Source: Trichosphaerium sp. ATCC 40318
Lineage: Eukaryota > Protista > Tubulinea
Length of the DNA: 64,000 bases
Reading direction: 5' to 3'
NCBI GenBank assembly: GCA_038496445.1
Contig: JALMLS010000577.1
Location: 620,001 to 684,000, forward strand
Below the pieces are notes generated by a model. It was not told where the DNA came from. It searched no databases and saw nothing but the letters and a program-made list of their open reading frames with translations. Made by a program: the position numbers and the translations under genes. Below, piece after piece: positions 13,953-26,746 of the stretch; positions within the stretch are counted from its first letter, which is position 1; each line of letters starts with the position of its first letter.

Positions 13953-15366
13953 ATGAGTGACACCTCCTGTCAAAAAACAAACCAATTCAATGTTGTTCGT
14001 TTGTACAATTTACGACAAGGGTGGCAGTACCACCAACCAAGCCGTATGAAGTCAAAGAAGAAAAAGGGGAGGTTTGTAAGCGTAAACGATACAGCGTATT
14101 ACGGTCAGCGCCACACAGTTAATATACCAAAACCAAGGCGTCGTGCAACCTCCTGGACAGTAGCTAAACCAAAACGATTGTCTCACGTTCAAATGCCAGA
14201 ATTCGGCGCTAACCGCCAGCATTTACGTGGTAATCTTATTCAAGACCTACGTATGTATCTTTCGCGCGATGTTGTGTTCTAATACGCAAAAGGCAAATGT
14301 ATTAACGACCCAGAAAGTTCCGACGTTGTATTTTTGGTAGAAGGTAGCTCAAGAACTTCTACAAAGCGTGCTTACGCTTCTAGATGGTTATTGTCAGGTA
14401 TGATCAAAAAAAAATTAACTTGTTTTTTGGTTTTGTAGATGTGTCAAATAAATGACTCTGACGCTTTTATTAGTGCGTTCAGAGTATTTCCGAGCTCTTC
14501 TTCAGGTAACCCATTTGATATAAAAAACGAAACGACTTTTTCTAAACTTAACTCATAGTAAAAAACAATCCAGGCTAACTGTACGCATCTATAGGGTCCC
14601 ATGAAAGAGAGCGATAACTCAGAGATTGTTTTACGTGGTGTAAAATATGAATCCTTCGTTGGCGTCTTACACTACATTTATACTGAGAATGTTAGCTTCA
14701 GTTTACTTCATTTTGATACTGTACTTGATATCTTGATTCTATCGGATCGTTTCCTTCTATCAAACTTGAAATCTATTGCAGAGCAATTCGTATTGTCTAC
14801 TTTGAATGAAAGGAATGTTATAAAGGCAATACTTGTTGCTTATAAGGCAAATGTTAAAATGTTAAGAGAGAGGTCAATGGAGTATATCTTAAAACACAAG
14901 GTACTTTTTCAACTAGATTAAACGAGTCTGGTCATCGAGTCTTAGAGCGGCAATGCATAGCGTTGGCTTTATGCGAGTTCCATTTGAATGGAGCTTGTCA
15001 AACACGGTCGTTTGGACGCGGTGCTGGATCAAACAAAAAGAGATTGACTTTAGCTGTCAATCCAACGTTTTTTTCCAACCTAAGAAAGACCACCTTTATG
15101 TTGAAAAAGCGTTTTATTCTCACTAACAAAAACAATCTTATCTTAGTACAATTCTTTGTTTCGGTTTTTTCAGAAAATACAAATTATTTGTTTTGTTGTC
15201 CTTGTGTGGCTCTATTTTTGTTTTTTGTTTGTTATTATTGTTTTAAAGATTGGATATATTGCTTTTATGCTTACTTTATTTGTAGAAACTCGTACAGATG
15301 CAACCAGAGTTTGAAAATTTAAAAAAAAATCCAGATTTGCTTCTTGAGTTGGTACGGCGCTTATAG
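13953..15366 (+). CDS. BTB/POZ domain protein
   Basis: SDVVFLVE, RSEYFRALL, MKESDNSEIVLRGV..F..VLHYIYT, L.LSDRFLLSNLKSIAE; multi-exon. The start codon is uncertain (13953 or 14046). Confidence 0.85.
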
Positions 15367-15559
15367 CAACCACAGAGCATTGGTATTGGAGTATTCACAG
15401 CACTAATGTACATAATGTATTTTTATAAAAGAACACAATTAATTCGAGATCACGTGTGAGAGCGAAACTGAACTGCTTGTTCCGCTACTTTCCCAAATTT
15501 TTAAAGTCCAACGAACAACATGCTCGATTTGCTTAGTAAGCACAGAAATGTTGCACTAT

Positions 15560-15790
15560 TTTATTAATAGTGACTGTACACTCAATGCCTTACACCTTCT
15601 GTTGGACTCCAAGCCGATAACGTATGCGCCTTCCAATACCACACCTTTGTATATGTTTGTTATTGATGTGCAACCATCTAGATTGATATTGTGTATGCCA
15701 GCAAATGGTCTAACACTTTTATCTGTTATTGATGTGGAACCACCAGTGTATGCTAGCTAATGCCTTAACACCTTTATTTGCTATACCATC
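15560..15790 (-). pseudogene. Degraded fragment of an LRR gene related to the F-box/LRR gene at 61258-62295
   Basis: Frameshifted pieces NKGVKALASIH and SITDKSVRPFAGIHNINLDGCTSIT resemble the ITDEGVKALAGVHTINL repeats. Confidence 0.6.
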
Positions 15791-16070
15791 ACAACGTTCC
15801 TAATTAGCAATAAAGCAGTAAACAAGCAAGCACATTGAAGAGAAAGCCAAAAAAAGGCTTGAAAAATAAAATCAATCACAAAAAACCACAATTCAATCAG
15901 CTTTTCTTCTTCTTTAAAGTAACTCTTACATATTCTACTCAAGTTCATACAGTTTTTAAACCAACACACTCACTTAAATATTAAAGTACAAATAAAAAAC
16001 AATAAATACAGTTGTAAATGTGTTAATACTCAACTGGGAGTAGGTAGTTTACAAATATTCAAAAAGGAAA

Positions 16071-16548
16071 ATGGGTGCACATCTTTCAGCAATTCCTCAC
16101 GCATTACTTAACACGTGCTGTACAACTTATACAGCCAAACGTAAACCCTCCAAAACGATTAAACGTGGCCTTAAACCAATGAGAAAACGTGTTCCTATGG
16201 CACGTTTTAGTTGCCAATCGCCCCGAGATAGTACGCAGTCTCCAAGCTTTACTCCTAGCTTTGGGGATAGTACAATACAAGCTGCTCCTCCCCGCCATAA
16301 CCTTGATCTCCAGAATGCCCAGCCAGTGGATTACAAAGGTCATATCGACGTAGTTGTAAACGTGATAACTTACTTTTATTTGTAGGAACGTATGTGACTC
16401 ACAAAGAGTACACGACATGAACCCTTTTTTTAACTGATTTCCCTGCCAGCAAGTAATCGACACCTTGAAATAAAAGGGTTTATTCGCACTCAACGACCAA
16501 GACATAAAGGCCTTAGACAAATTTAGACGCAAGAGAAAAAGGATTGAT
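16071..16548 (+). pseudogene. Third copy of the MGAHLS/HEPN gene family, lacking exon 3 and the HEPN exon (internal deletion)
   Basis: Exon 1, about 265 bp upstream and the last exon/3' flank are homologous to 29070-30545 (reverse complement). Exon 2 runs directly into the poly-T of the last intron at ~16424. Confidence 0.8.
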
Positions 16549-16990
16549 ACTCGAAATCCACGCACTTTGTATTTTATAGTCTAATAAACAAAAACTTGTT
16601 CTTTGGTGTACCCTTTCTCGCTCAAAGGAGATTGGTCTAACTGTTGTCAACGTAACATACGACGATCCACGTGAACGGGCTTGCTTTTTTGCAAGGTTAT
16701 ACGGAGGATTCTGGGCACCCTACATGTCTTTAAGAAGCTTATACTCACAGTACAAGAAACCTAAGCTTTTCTCGAGATATTGTGTATCCTGTCAAGCCTT
16801 CAAACCTTTGTCTGTAACTTATGCCACGAAGAAGCAACCTCAGTTTCCCAAGCACAGCTTCTTATAGCTGTGCCGTGAATAACATTCAAACTCGGCCTCT
16901 TTAGTATACTTATGTGATAATGTATTTACCATGAGGTTTAAACTTGTTTTACTGATTTTATTATTTGTTTAAACAACTAATCAAAAGAAT

Positions 16991-19900
16991 TTATTCATTT
17001 GATTCAACACATTCAGAATACGGTTTGAATCCATCGTGTATAAGCTTTTCAGTTGAAGGTGAAGCAGTAAAGCGGAAATCAGCCTCATAAGACGATAGTG
17101 ATATTGCAGGAGCAATACCATCACCAATATCAATGTTAGTGTATGCGACTCCTAGCCAAAAAGATAAGTAAAGGACTACGCGGTGATAGGAAGAAAAAAC
17201 CCAGAAATCAACAATTTTCGATCCACAGTTTTTTTTCAAGTCAAGCAGTACGTACCGAGGTCTAAAGCATCTAATCCGAAACCCATTGTTTTTGCATCAC
17301 AATCAACCCAACATTGTACAATACTTCCTTTTCTCCATTTCCTTGCTAGAGACGGAAAATAAGAGGAAAAAAAAGAAGAAAGCCCTTTTTTGCACTCAAA
17401 AGAGTGCATACCTTTTTCTCCGTATTTTTTACACTGTCCTCCATGCCATATCTGTTTTCTATTTAAATCAACAGCCCAACTATGTATATCATCTCCTACA
17501 CCAGTTCTCATGGATGTATCAGGAGTAGCTGTCATTTTCTTTGTAGCCCAACCTTAAGCAAACAGAAAGTTAAGTCAGGTGTTTCAAAAATAAAAAATTT
17601 CTGTCTTTGGAATTGTAGCACTGTCTCATAACGTGCTATCGCTGATACAATGCACTTTTTGAAACGAGTACCACCATAAAAAACCTGCGTGACGTACCAA
17701 GTTGACAAACACCTGAAGAGAAAAGTTCAACTTCATAAACCCATTTTCCTGTTTTTACAAAACGACTTGCGATAGCACAAGCAAAGTTATTAACTATTGA
17801 ATTAACACGAAGTCCATTTGCTGATACTAACATATACTTTGTATGAGCGGTCATGTATAATCCAGTACGAACACCATTACCTTAGAAAAGAAAATAATAA
17901 GAAAAAACAGTTTACAATAGTCCAATAATAAAAAAAGATAAAAGAATGTGATGTTAAAGGGCTGTTCGTCCTTTAGCTCAATAGATGTTTGTCGTATCGA
18001 AAGACGTAAAGCAATGTTTGTAAAACTATTTTCCCAATTTAAATGTACTTACCGCTCATTAGAGCATCAAGAGATCTACACCAATATTGGTTCTTTTTGG
18101 TATCTGGTTCAACTCGCATGAACACAAATCTTGGCTTAGCTAGTGACAGCTTTAGCTTTAGTAGTTGACAAAAGGATGTTGTAACAGGTATGCTTGAGGC
18201 GTACGTGGTTTAAGTCTTGGTACTACAGAAGTCAACATGTTCGTTATTTTTTGTAAAATCTCCTTGTGTTCATCTCTAACTGATTGTTGCTCAGCCAGGT
18301 TATGAGTCAAATGAAGTGCCGCTAAAATAGCATCTCTATCTTCTATTGCAGTATCGGCAACCACTCTTTTTAGCCATTCTAATGCACCATACTTAGCTAC
18401 CTTTAGAGCAGCAGAAGCTACCCAATTGTTAACGGTTTGGAAGATTAAAGAAATAAGAAAATAATGTGAAAAACTATGGAAGGTTTGTTTAATGCTCACA
18501 GTGCGCAACGTACATGTAAAACAAAAGGCGTGAAGTAAGCGTAAGCCTTTGAAGTAATGTTCACTTGGACATTTTTCGATAGCCTCAGAGATTAGACGTT
18601 GAACATCATCTGTAAAAAGGGACAATAAGCATCGCAACATTAACAATCGTTCCACAAGAAAAAGTACCAAGTTCACAAAATCTTGTTAGAAGACTGAGCA
18701 TGATTCCCAAGTAATATTCTGTTGTTGAATGATGTTTATCTTCCATAGCAATATCCAAAAACCTCTTTAATAGTTTAGCACCAGAGTACTTGGTAAAGAA
18801 TTTGTCTGAAATTGCTAAACGAAAAATGTTAGGTAACTGCTTGGTGAAATACTATTTACCTTGACTTTTTATGAGTGTGTTCGAAATGACACTCAAGCAT
18901 GAGTTACTAAGCTCATTATTAGACTCTAAGGCAGCCAATACTCTATCAAATACTCCTTTCTCAGCGAGCAATGTTGCATTTTTAGGATCTAACAGAAAAG
19001 TTAAAAAAAATCAATCATTTGTCACAAGAAAGTCACTTGCCTTCCATGTAGTACGTTAGCATATCACACGCTGATATCATTCCATTTCTTTTCTTTTCCT
19101 TAATACATGTATCCATATATTCTAAGATAGTATCCAAGTCCTCCTTATGCTGTATCGCTTAAGTGGTAAAAGTCAGTTTTTGTGATGATAGTACACAAAA
19201 GAAAAGAGGTGGCCCAAAAACATTCTGTGGTCAAAGTCTTCAAAATCAAGTACCGTTAAAGTGGCATATTACACTAAGCGCTTGACCAAATATGGCAAAT
19301 GCGTTTATCATAACCTAATAAAGTTGTTAGATTTAGTTTAAAGTTAAAATTAAAGTGACACGTGCAGGAATCATAACATCAATGGATTCCATATGACGCT
19401 TTATAGCAGCCATGAAATAACGAAGTGTATTTCTGTTATACATAATCATAACCCTTTTAGAGTCGTTCTGTCGATTATCTACACCACCCATAGCAGCTAA
19501 TAATACAGAAGCTGCAGACTGAACAAAAAATAAATATTGAGTAAAAACAAAATACAAACTGCTTCTTCAAGAAGTGTGGAGTTGTAGAAAAGGAGTACAA
19601 CACAATTGAATATAAATATAAAACAATAAAGGTCTTCGAGCGTACAATAAGTTTTGCAGAACTTTTTGCATCTTGAATAAAGTCGATACCAATGCTAAAG
19701 TTCTTTGTTAACCAAGAAGGAAACTTATCAAAAACCTAAAAGTGATTGTCTTTGTACCCTAGCACATTCTTTTCTTCAAATGCTTTAGAAAGATCAGTAG
19801 ATGCTGGATTTTCTCTCTCCCATCTTATATTACTTTGCCCTTCGAAAAAAAGTTTATAAAGTAGCGGGATGGACGCAAAAAAGAAGAAAAATAAGAAGCG

Positions 19901-21879
19901 CTTACAAGTTTCGAAAACGCTTGCTATAGTGTGACAATGATCTATGATAACATCTTCTTCCCCATTCTTAAGTTTATCAACCAAAATATCAACATCTAGT
20001 ATTGCGGTTAACTAAAAATCACAAAGAACAGAAGGATGGATAAAAGTTCAAGTTTTTTTTCTGGCAAAAAAGAAACAACGTTAAGATGAGTTGTGTTGCT
20101 TTCTTTTTTTTTCAGGGTTACCTTTGAGTTTAAAAACGGCTTCATTGTTAACAGGGAAATAACATTTATCAACATCAATAGATCTATAACCTTCATCTAA
20201 TATTATCTTTCCATGCTATGACTACAGGTTAGTTTCCTTAATTTGTTTGCTTTGTAACAGCCCGACTGAAGTATGTGACGGTGCAAACTGTATCAAATAT
20301 ACACCCTGGGTTGGGTATATAAACCCCGAGTTGCACGTGATTATGTGATAACAACCCAAATCGAAAGAGAAGCCAGTAAAATAAAAATGACGTACACGAC
20401 ATCTTTTAAGTTTCGCAGAAGCACCAGAGCGAAGGTGAAGGTTTAACAGAGCTACAAATGAGATTAAGAAAACACTCACAAAAGAAATTTAAACAATACT
20501 TACGAGAAAGCTCAGCACTTAAAGTGACACGTGAATTCTCAGAGATTATAATATTATTTTTTTCTCCGTCTTCAGGAGCGATTACTAGGTTAACAATACT
20601 TCCACCATCAGCACTCCACAGTAGTGTCTCTTTACCAATAGTGATAGCTATAAAGATATGATATTAGTAAACCTATAACTGTTTAATATGTATCGTACTA
20701 GTTAATAGAGCTCTTGTACTGGCACCACAAATCTCTACTTTCTTGGTAATATCTAAATCCACAGGCACCTTTTTTTTGTAAGCCACCTGAAAAAAAAAAC
20801 CATTTAGTGAGTACATATTGTTCCTTTTCTTCTATATCACTTATGTCAACCATAGCCTCTTCATTTTCATTGTCTTCTAGTCCTGGAATATCTTCTGGGT
20901 TATTCTCAGAGCTTTTAGCTTTTCCAGACAGACTATGGGCGCCTTACAAAATTTTTAGGTAACGTCCTTTTTTTTTCTTTCTTTCACGTTTTTTGAAAAA
21001 GAAAGAACAAAGATTTCTTGTTTTTCTCTTGCCGTACCGGGTAGGAGTAAAATCAAATCACCTTCTGAAACGTGATTCACTGCGTCTCGTATATTTTCAA
21101 ACACCTAGAAGCATTAGAAATCTAAATAAAAGGAACAGAAGGCAAGATGCTGTACGAAAAAAAAAAGGGTAACTCACACATTTTTTCCGCTTTGGAGCAC
21201 CCTCAACCGATTCGAACTCATTGTCAAAGATCTCTAAGCCAGTACTCCAACTTTGTGCGGTAGTAGTGGTTGGTTTAACGACAACGAAAGTGCTCTACAG
21301 TGCCGTTAAAGAAAACTGATAAAAACGAGTCGCCTTACGAGTGCACGGTATGTAAACTTGCTTTTTTCCTTGCCAGTGAGGTCTTTCATTATGCTCAAAC
21401 GCTCTATTGCTGCTAACGCTAGTTCGCGAACGTAAGGGATACTTAATGGTGGCATAGCCCTGTTGCGCTCTAAAAAGGGTTAGAATCGTTGTACAGACTT
21501 TACGTCACAGAAATCAACGAATTGTTCAGTGAAGCCTTGACGTACCGTAAAGCGGGAGGTTGCTATCTTTCTCTTCAACGGGTGGTGGTACGGCATGGTT
21601 TTTTACAAACCTATCAACTACTGCGCTCCTATTCAAATGGTAAGGGCTGGATACTACGTATTTGATAACTGTAAAGCGTACCATTGTTCTACATGATCAG
21701 TTATGTTATTCCATTCACGAGAAACCAACATTGTGGCGTATACGCTAGTGCCATCGAGAAATGAAGTAATATGGATCTTTTTGTGCGTTAGTAACTGGAA
21801 AACATTTCTTTTTGCCATTTCGTTGTACCAGTAGCTCAATTGGCAATGAATCGAAGTAAGCAGGCGGTTCACCCTCCAT
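16991..21879 (-). CDS. Large F-box protein with beta-helix (FBXO11-like) segment, probable helical repeats and C-terminal SPRY domain
   Basis: N-terminus MEGEPPAYFDSLPIELL/IHITSFLDG..VSREW (F-box); VFENIRDAVNHVSEGDLILLLPG (start of beta-helix); C-terminal GKWVYEVEL..GVCQLGW, GVGDDIHSWAVD, KWRKGSIVQCWVD (SPRY). Confidence 0.75.
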
Positions 21880-22099
21880 TTTGCTTTGTTGGAGCGTGTT
21901 AAAACAATACTGCACCAGAATGTAGTTGACTCAAGCCAATACGCATGAGTTCTGGCTTACGTATAGAATCTTTGCTTGTCAGCGCTACATATGAATAAGA
22001 GGACGTGGAAGCAATTGAAGAGCATTCCCATTTCTGCTTTAGGTTGTCGTCTTAAGTCCAGGCTACTCCTTTTATCCAACGGCCGAGTAAAAACAACCA

Positions 22100-23012
22100 A
22101 TGATACGAGCTAGTTTTATAATATTGATAGTTGTCACGTGTGCGATTTGTCAACAAGAAAATAATGTAGATGTAAGCGTATGGGATAGTACTCTTCAAGT
22201 AGATTGGTCCAAGGGTATTGTTTTCCCTATTGGCGGCTCTGGTCAAGTTAATGGCGCCTTTTGTACTGTAACCTATCGCATTGCTGGTACGTTAGTGATC
22301 ACAGTCGCGGCTACAACTGGAAACGAAAAAACTAACCGATTTTTTTTTTGAAAAGGTCAAAAATCTCTTATTCAGCTCGGCCTTCGCGTGCAGAACAGAA
22401 CTGGAGTAGGTGCAGTACCTCTTACCCAAAATGTATACAACGCAGATACAGGAGTTTTTGGTGAAGGTACGCAACGTGGTTAGCCTGTTTTTAATGTTTG
22501 TTGTTTTTAGCTGCAGCTCTTTGGAATATCGACTTACACGTTGACAGCGGCACAGAGTTTCTTGGTAAGGAGTTCGGGGTACCAGATATAGAAATGGTTA
22601 ACATGAGAGGCAGCGAGTACGTTCACAAGAATGTGAGATAAATATTTGTCTGATAGTAGCAATTAGATGGGATGCCCTTTTCCGCTTTGATATTGATCCT
22701 TCCCCTGATAAAACAAACTACATTGATATCTACTTTGATGAGTTCTACGCTAATGCCACAAATGCTCCTTTCATAGGACTCATCCAAGACTCAGTACCTC
22801 CAACATCACCTCCGTATGAAATTAACCCAAGAGTACGTTTGAACGACTTTCAAGAATGAAGCTGAATTATTCTTTAGGTTGATGGTGATTATAACTTTAT
22901 GTTTGTTTTGCTCAACAAAGGTGAACAAATAGCAAGTGTAACTATCCTTTGTAGAACTAGAGGAGGTAGCATCGTCGACTGGGTGATCCAAAAAATATGG
23001 TCGTTGTTTTAA
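22100..23012 (+). CDS. Secreted hypothetical protein
   Basis: Signal peptide MIRASFIILIVVTCAIC. Spliced ORF contains IGGSGQVNGAF, IQLGLRVQNR, WNIDLHVD, FDIDPSP, INPRVDGDYNF. Confidence 0.7.
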
Positions 23013-23254
23013 TAACAATAAACTCTTTTAGATTCTAAAGGACGCTCTTAAGTTTTTTGCAATGTACTCATAGTACTCTCTTCTAATTTCTATGTCAACA
23101 TCATTTTAACCTCACGTGTATCGTATTCCATCATGTTAACACTTGATAACGCACTTCCCTTTTCACTAAAAAGAATATCGATGTAAAATCGGAAATCACG
23201 TGACCAACTTAACATCTGTAACTATACTGTTAGTCTATTACTCCATTCAACATC

Positions 23255-23844
23255 ATGTCAAGCTACTTGCAATATTTTTCTACTGGTGTCTACAATTACG
23301 GCGCTAGTTGGTGGGATTACTGCGTTGGTACTAAGAGGCAAGCAGAGCCAGTTCCTTCGGAAGAACCTGCACCAAAGAAGCAAAAAATAGAAACGACACG
23401 CAATGATAATACAGAAATACCCGCCAGACGCGTTGAGGTAAACGGGACGCCAAGCACAGGAAGAATTGCAGCTCTGAAGCATAGACTAAGCCAAGGAGGA
23501 AATAAAATGATACCATTGGGTGGTATGAGTATGGGCAGACCTCCTGTGAGAAGAAGAGAGGCAAGCTGAAATTTCTGTTTGTTGAAACATATCAGAATAT
23601 TGACAGGCTCTAGGTTATAGAGGATCCAACGCAAGAAACGACTATAGAAGGACAAAAAGACACAGAGAACAAAACACCTAAACGAACAGTTGAGAGAAAA
23701 CCGTCAATCCTAAACTCGCCTAATAAAACTCGTGCAAGAGGTCCAAGCGGAAGGAGGCTACCAACTCGTAAACGTTCTATTCGAGTGAAAGTTTCAGATA
23801 AAAATTCAACCACAGACTTAGAGAGCGACTGGAAGAAGCTATGA
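23255..23844 (+). CDS. Small disordered protein with capping-protein-interaction (CPI)-like motif (CapZIP/FAM21-like)
   Basis: Second exon encodes LNSPNKTRARGPSGRRLPTR; first exon has GRIAALKHRL. Confidence 0.6.
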
Positions 23845-23935
23845 GGAAATTGGGATAAACTGTACAGCGAAATAAAAGATAACGTTATTTTTTGATTAAT
23901 CTACAAGTTTGTTTTGTGTGGTGTTAGTACAACTG

Positions 23936-24476
23936 TCAGTTATTCCAGCCCCAATCGGCATTGCCTAGAGCTTGTCGGTTGTAACCTGCGCAACGATTAT
24001 TATTTTAAAGTTAAAACTATTGAAAACGCATTGTTAACATACCTTGAGGCGGTGGTGGGAGTAGTGAAGGTGGAATTGCGCCAGGAGGGAAATTTAGCTC
24101 CCTGGTGTATGGATTATGCTTTAAATCTCTTCTCACTGTTTTAGATGAGTCAGAAATACGTTTGTACGCAACTATACGCACTTTGTAATTCATTTATCGT
24201 GTTGGTTGTCAAATGCACACCATACATACAGCCAGGGCCATTAGGACACCGTCCTGTTTGAGCGAATAGCCTACATTGTCCCCTTTCAGCAAGGTGATCC
24301 AAAGGATCTACAAGGCGTCAAAATGTCATGAAACTCGCTGCCGTACCTTTGAAATAGTCATAGTACGCTTTTTCGTTTGTACGATGGGAATAGCCTGAAA
24401 AGTGCTTCACACGCGCTAAAGGCGTGTCGTTGAAGCTTTTTTGGCAATACTCGCAAAAGTACTTGGGCAAAGGCAT
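23936..24476 (-). CDS. ZMAT5: U11/U12 snRNP 20K protein (matrin-type + CCCH zinc fingers)
   Basis: KYFCEYCQKSFNDT...KHFSGYSH..YDYFKD; C-x8-C-x5-C-x3-H finger (CRLFAQTGRCPNGPGCMYVH); C-terminal IPPSLLPPP...DWG. Confidence 0.82.
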
Positions 24477-24682
24477 GTTCTGTGGAAGTACAAACTCAAC
24501 AAGCTGCGAATTTTGTGGAAATTGGTCCACTTTTTTCAATCGTTATTGTCTTTAAAACATTACAAATACGCATCAACTCCTCCAATGCTTGCAATACGTA
24601 CGTGCTATATCCTTATCGCAACATTTTAAAACAATCCACAAACCTACACGACTTGTTAAAAGTCATTCTCTGATTTAACAAA

Positions 24683-25424
24683 ATGTTGACCATTTCCTTT
24701 TCGTATTGCCTTCATATACGTACTAACGCCCAGTGTAGAACCCCATACTATTGTAGACGTGCTACCAGCCGACTTACAACGTAAAATAAGTTCGTACATT
24801 GGCGAAGTGCACAATAACTGGCATCTTCTATCGAAAAAAGCAGCTACATTAACACGCTTCAATGACACTTTAGAGAAGCACGGAGTTTTTATACAGTGGC
24901 ACACAACTGGCGTAGTAAGTCAAATAGCGCGCTACAAGCACGATAAGCTCCATGGAGAGGCCGTGACGTTTCACCAAAATGGAAGTATTCGCTCGAATTG
25001 TTTTTTCAAAGATGGAGCGATTGACGGAGAATACAAAGAGTGGAATGCCACTGGCGCGTTGCTAACTCTTCAGAGTTTCAGCAACGGCATTTTGGAAGGT
25101 GTAAGTAAAGATTGGTTTCCAAACGGCCAGCTTTTATCTCATTGCGAGTATAAAAATGGTTTGTGTGAAGGAAAGTCAATGAAATGGTATATCACTGGTA
25201 AAGAGAGTAATATGGTTCATTTTAAAGAAGGAAGGGAAGACGGTGAATGTAAGAGATGGGCAAGAAATGGACAATTAATGGTTCATTGGTTTAAAAAGAA
25301 TGGAAAAGATGAAGGAGAATATAAAGAGTTTTTCGAAGATGGAAAACTTGCTTGGCATTGTATCAAGAGAAACGGAAAGGTTGTTCGGACTCTTCTTTGC
25401 AGATATTTTAATGAGAATCAATGA
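24683..25424 (+). CDS. F-box-like N-terminus + MORN-variant (YwqK-like) repeat protein
   Basis: VDVLPADLQRKISSYI, then ~24-aa repeats of the type G..DGEYKEW..NG.L; one short 5' intron. Confidence 0.8.
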
Positions 25425-25773
25425 CGAAAGAACTGTTACTTGTAGATTTTGGTGAGATAAATAAATTGTTTCAACAAACATTTGACAGTTCATCTACGTT
25501 ATTAATGTTACGTTGAGTTTAGCAATGTACACCACATTTTGTAATTTGGCAATCTGGTTCAAACGTTGATCGCAATAAGATGAAGAAATAACTTACGACA
25601 TAAACGTGATTAAGCCTGAAAATGCCTTGGTATCTTAGTTAGAAGATAAAAAGATATTGTTACAGTGAGCGAGGTCTGCAAGAAAATGCAAGCCTGTAAT
25701 TCTGTTCAGTGATTGGAATACTTTCCCGACGCCATTTTGACAACTACCCGCACTTTGTACAACCTCAAACAAC

Positions 25774-26746
25774 ATGCAAGTTTTCGTGAAGACACTTACA
25801 GGCAAGACAATTACAATAGATGTTTCGCCAAGCGACACGGTTGCAGTTGCGAAGCAAAAGATCCAAGACAAAGAAGGTGAGTCAGAAATTAGACTCATAA
25901 GCCAATTGACTATTTTTAGGCATTCCTGTAGATCAACAACGACTTATTTTTGCTGGTAAACAGTTGGAGGATGGCAGAACGTTCTCTGATTACTGTATTC
26001 AGGTTTGTTGTACTCTACTTCGTTTTCAAAACTAACGTTACTGTTTGTAGAAAGAGAGTACATTACATCTTGTCCTGAGACTACGAGGGAGCTTAGTACG
26101 CGTTCCAGCAAATCCAACGGCAACTAGAACGCCATGGAAGCCTATTCACCCAGAAATCGCCCAATTTAACTCAAAGTATCTCGATTCTGGTTTTCTGCGC
26201 ATAGAAAACGACGACAACCCTCTACACGCAATTAAACAAGAGTGTCCACAGACATTCTCGTTTCCTTTGCTCTCTTCCGAGTTCTGCAAAAAGATAGTTG
26301 GCGAGATTCAAAATTACATGAAAGTAACTGGAGATTCGGGTATCGCTCTTCGGGCAGCTCGTTTCGGATTTGATAAATCAGCCGAAAAAATGGTTCGAGA
26401 CCACATTGAACCTCTTGTGCCTATCCTTTTCCCTCACTTGAAAGGACAGAGCTTCAAGCTCTTACCTAAGGTTATGGCATACACTCCAGGTAGAAATGAG
26501 GACTGGCCTGTTCACACTGATGGAGATTTGGCTACGTTAAATATTTGTCTTTCGGAAACAAAGTCATTTTCGGGTGCAAATCTTAAAGTTTTCTCTGGCG
26601 AAGATGATAGTGTTGTGGAAGTCGCTCACCAATGTGGAAGAGCTATTATTCACCCTGGAGATATACCGCATTCTGTGACGCCATTAACACGTGGTTCTAG
26701 GTTTGGATTGATCATTAAATTGAATCATCCTGACCTTAACTTTTAA
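25774..26746 (+). CDS. Ubiquitin-like domain fused to 2OG-Fe(II) dioxygenase (OGFOD2/PLOD C-terminal-like)
   Basis: Spliced [14 protein letters not shown]...[16 protein letters not shown]...[14 protein letters not shown], followed in frame by HTD...H(IPH)...R(GSRF) oxygenase motifs and TLNICL. Confidence 0.88.

Noticed and set aside
15790-16640. MGAHLS copies as a DNA transposon
   Set aside because: I found no terminal inverted repeats, target-site duplication or transposase motifs; the copies look like segmental gene duplicates.
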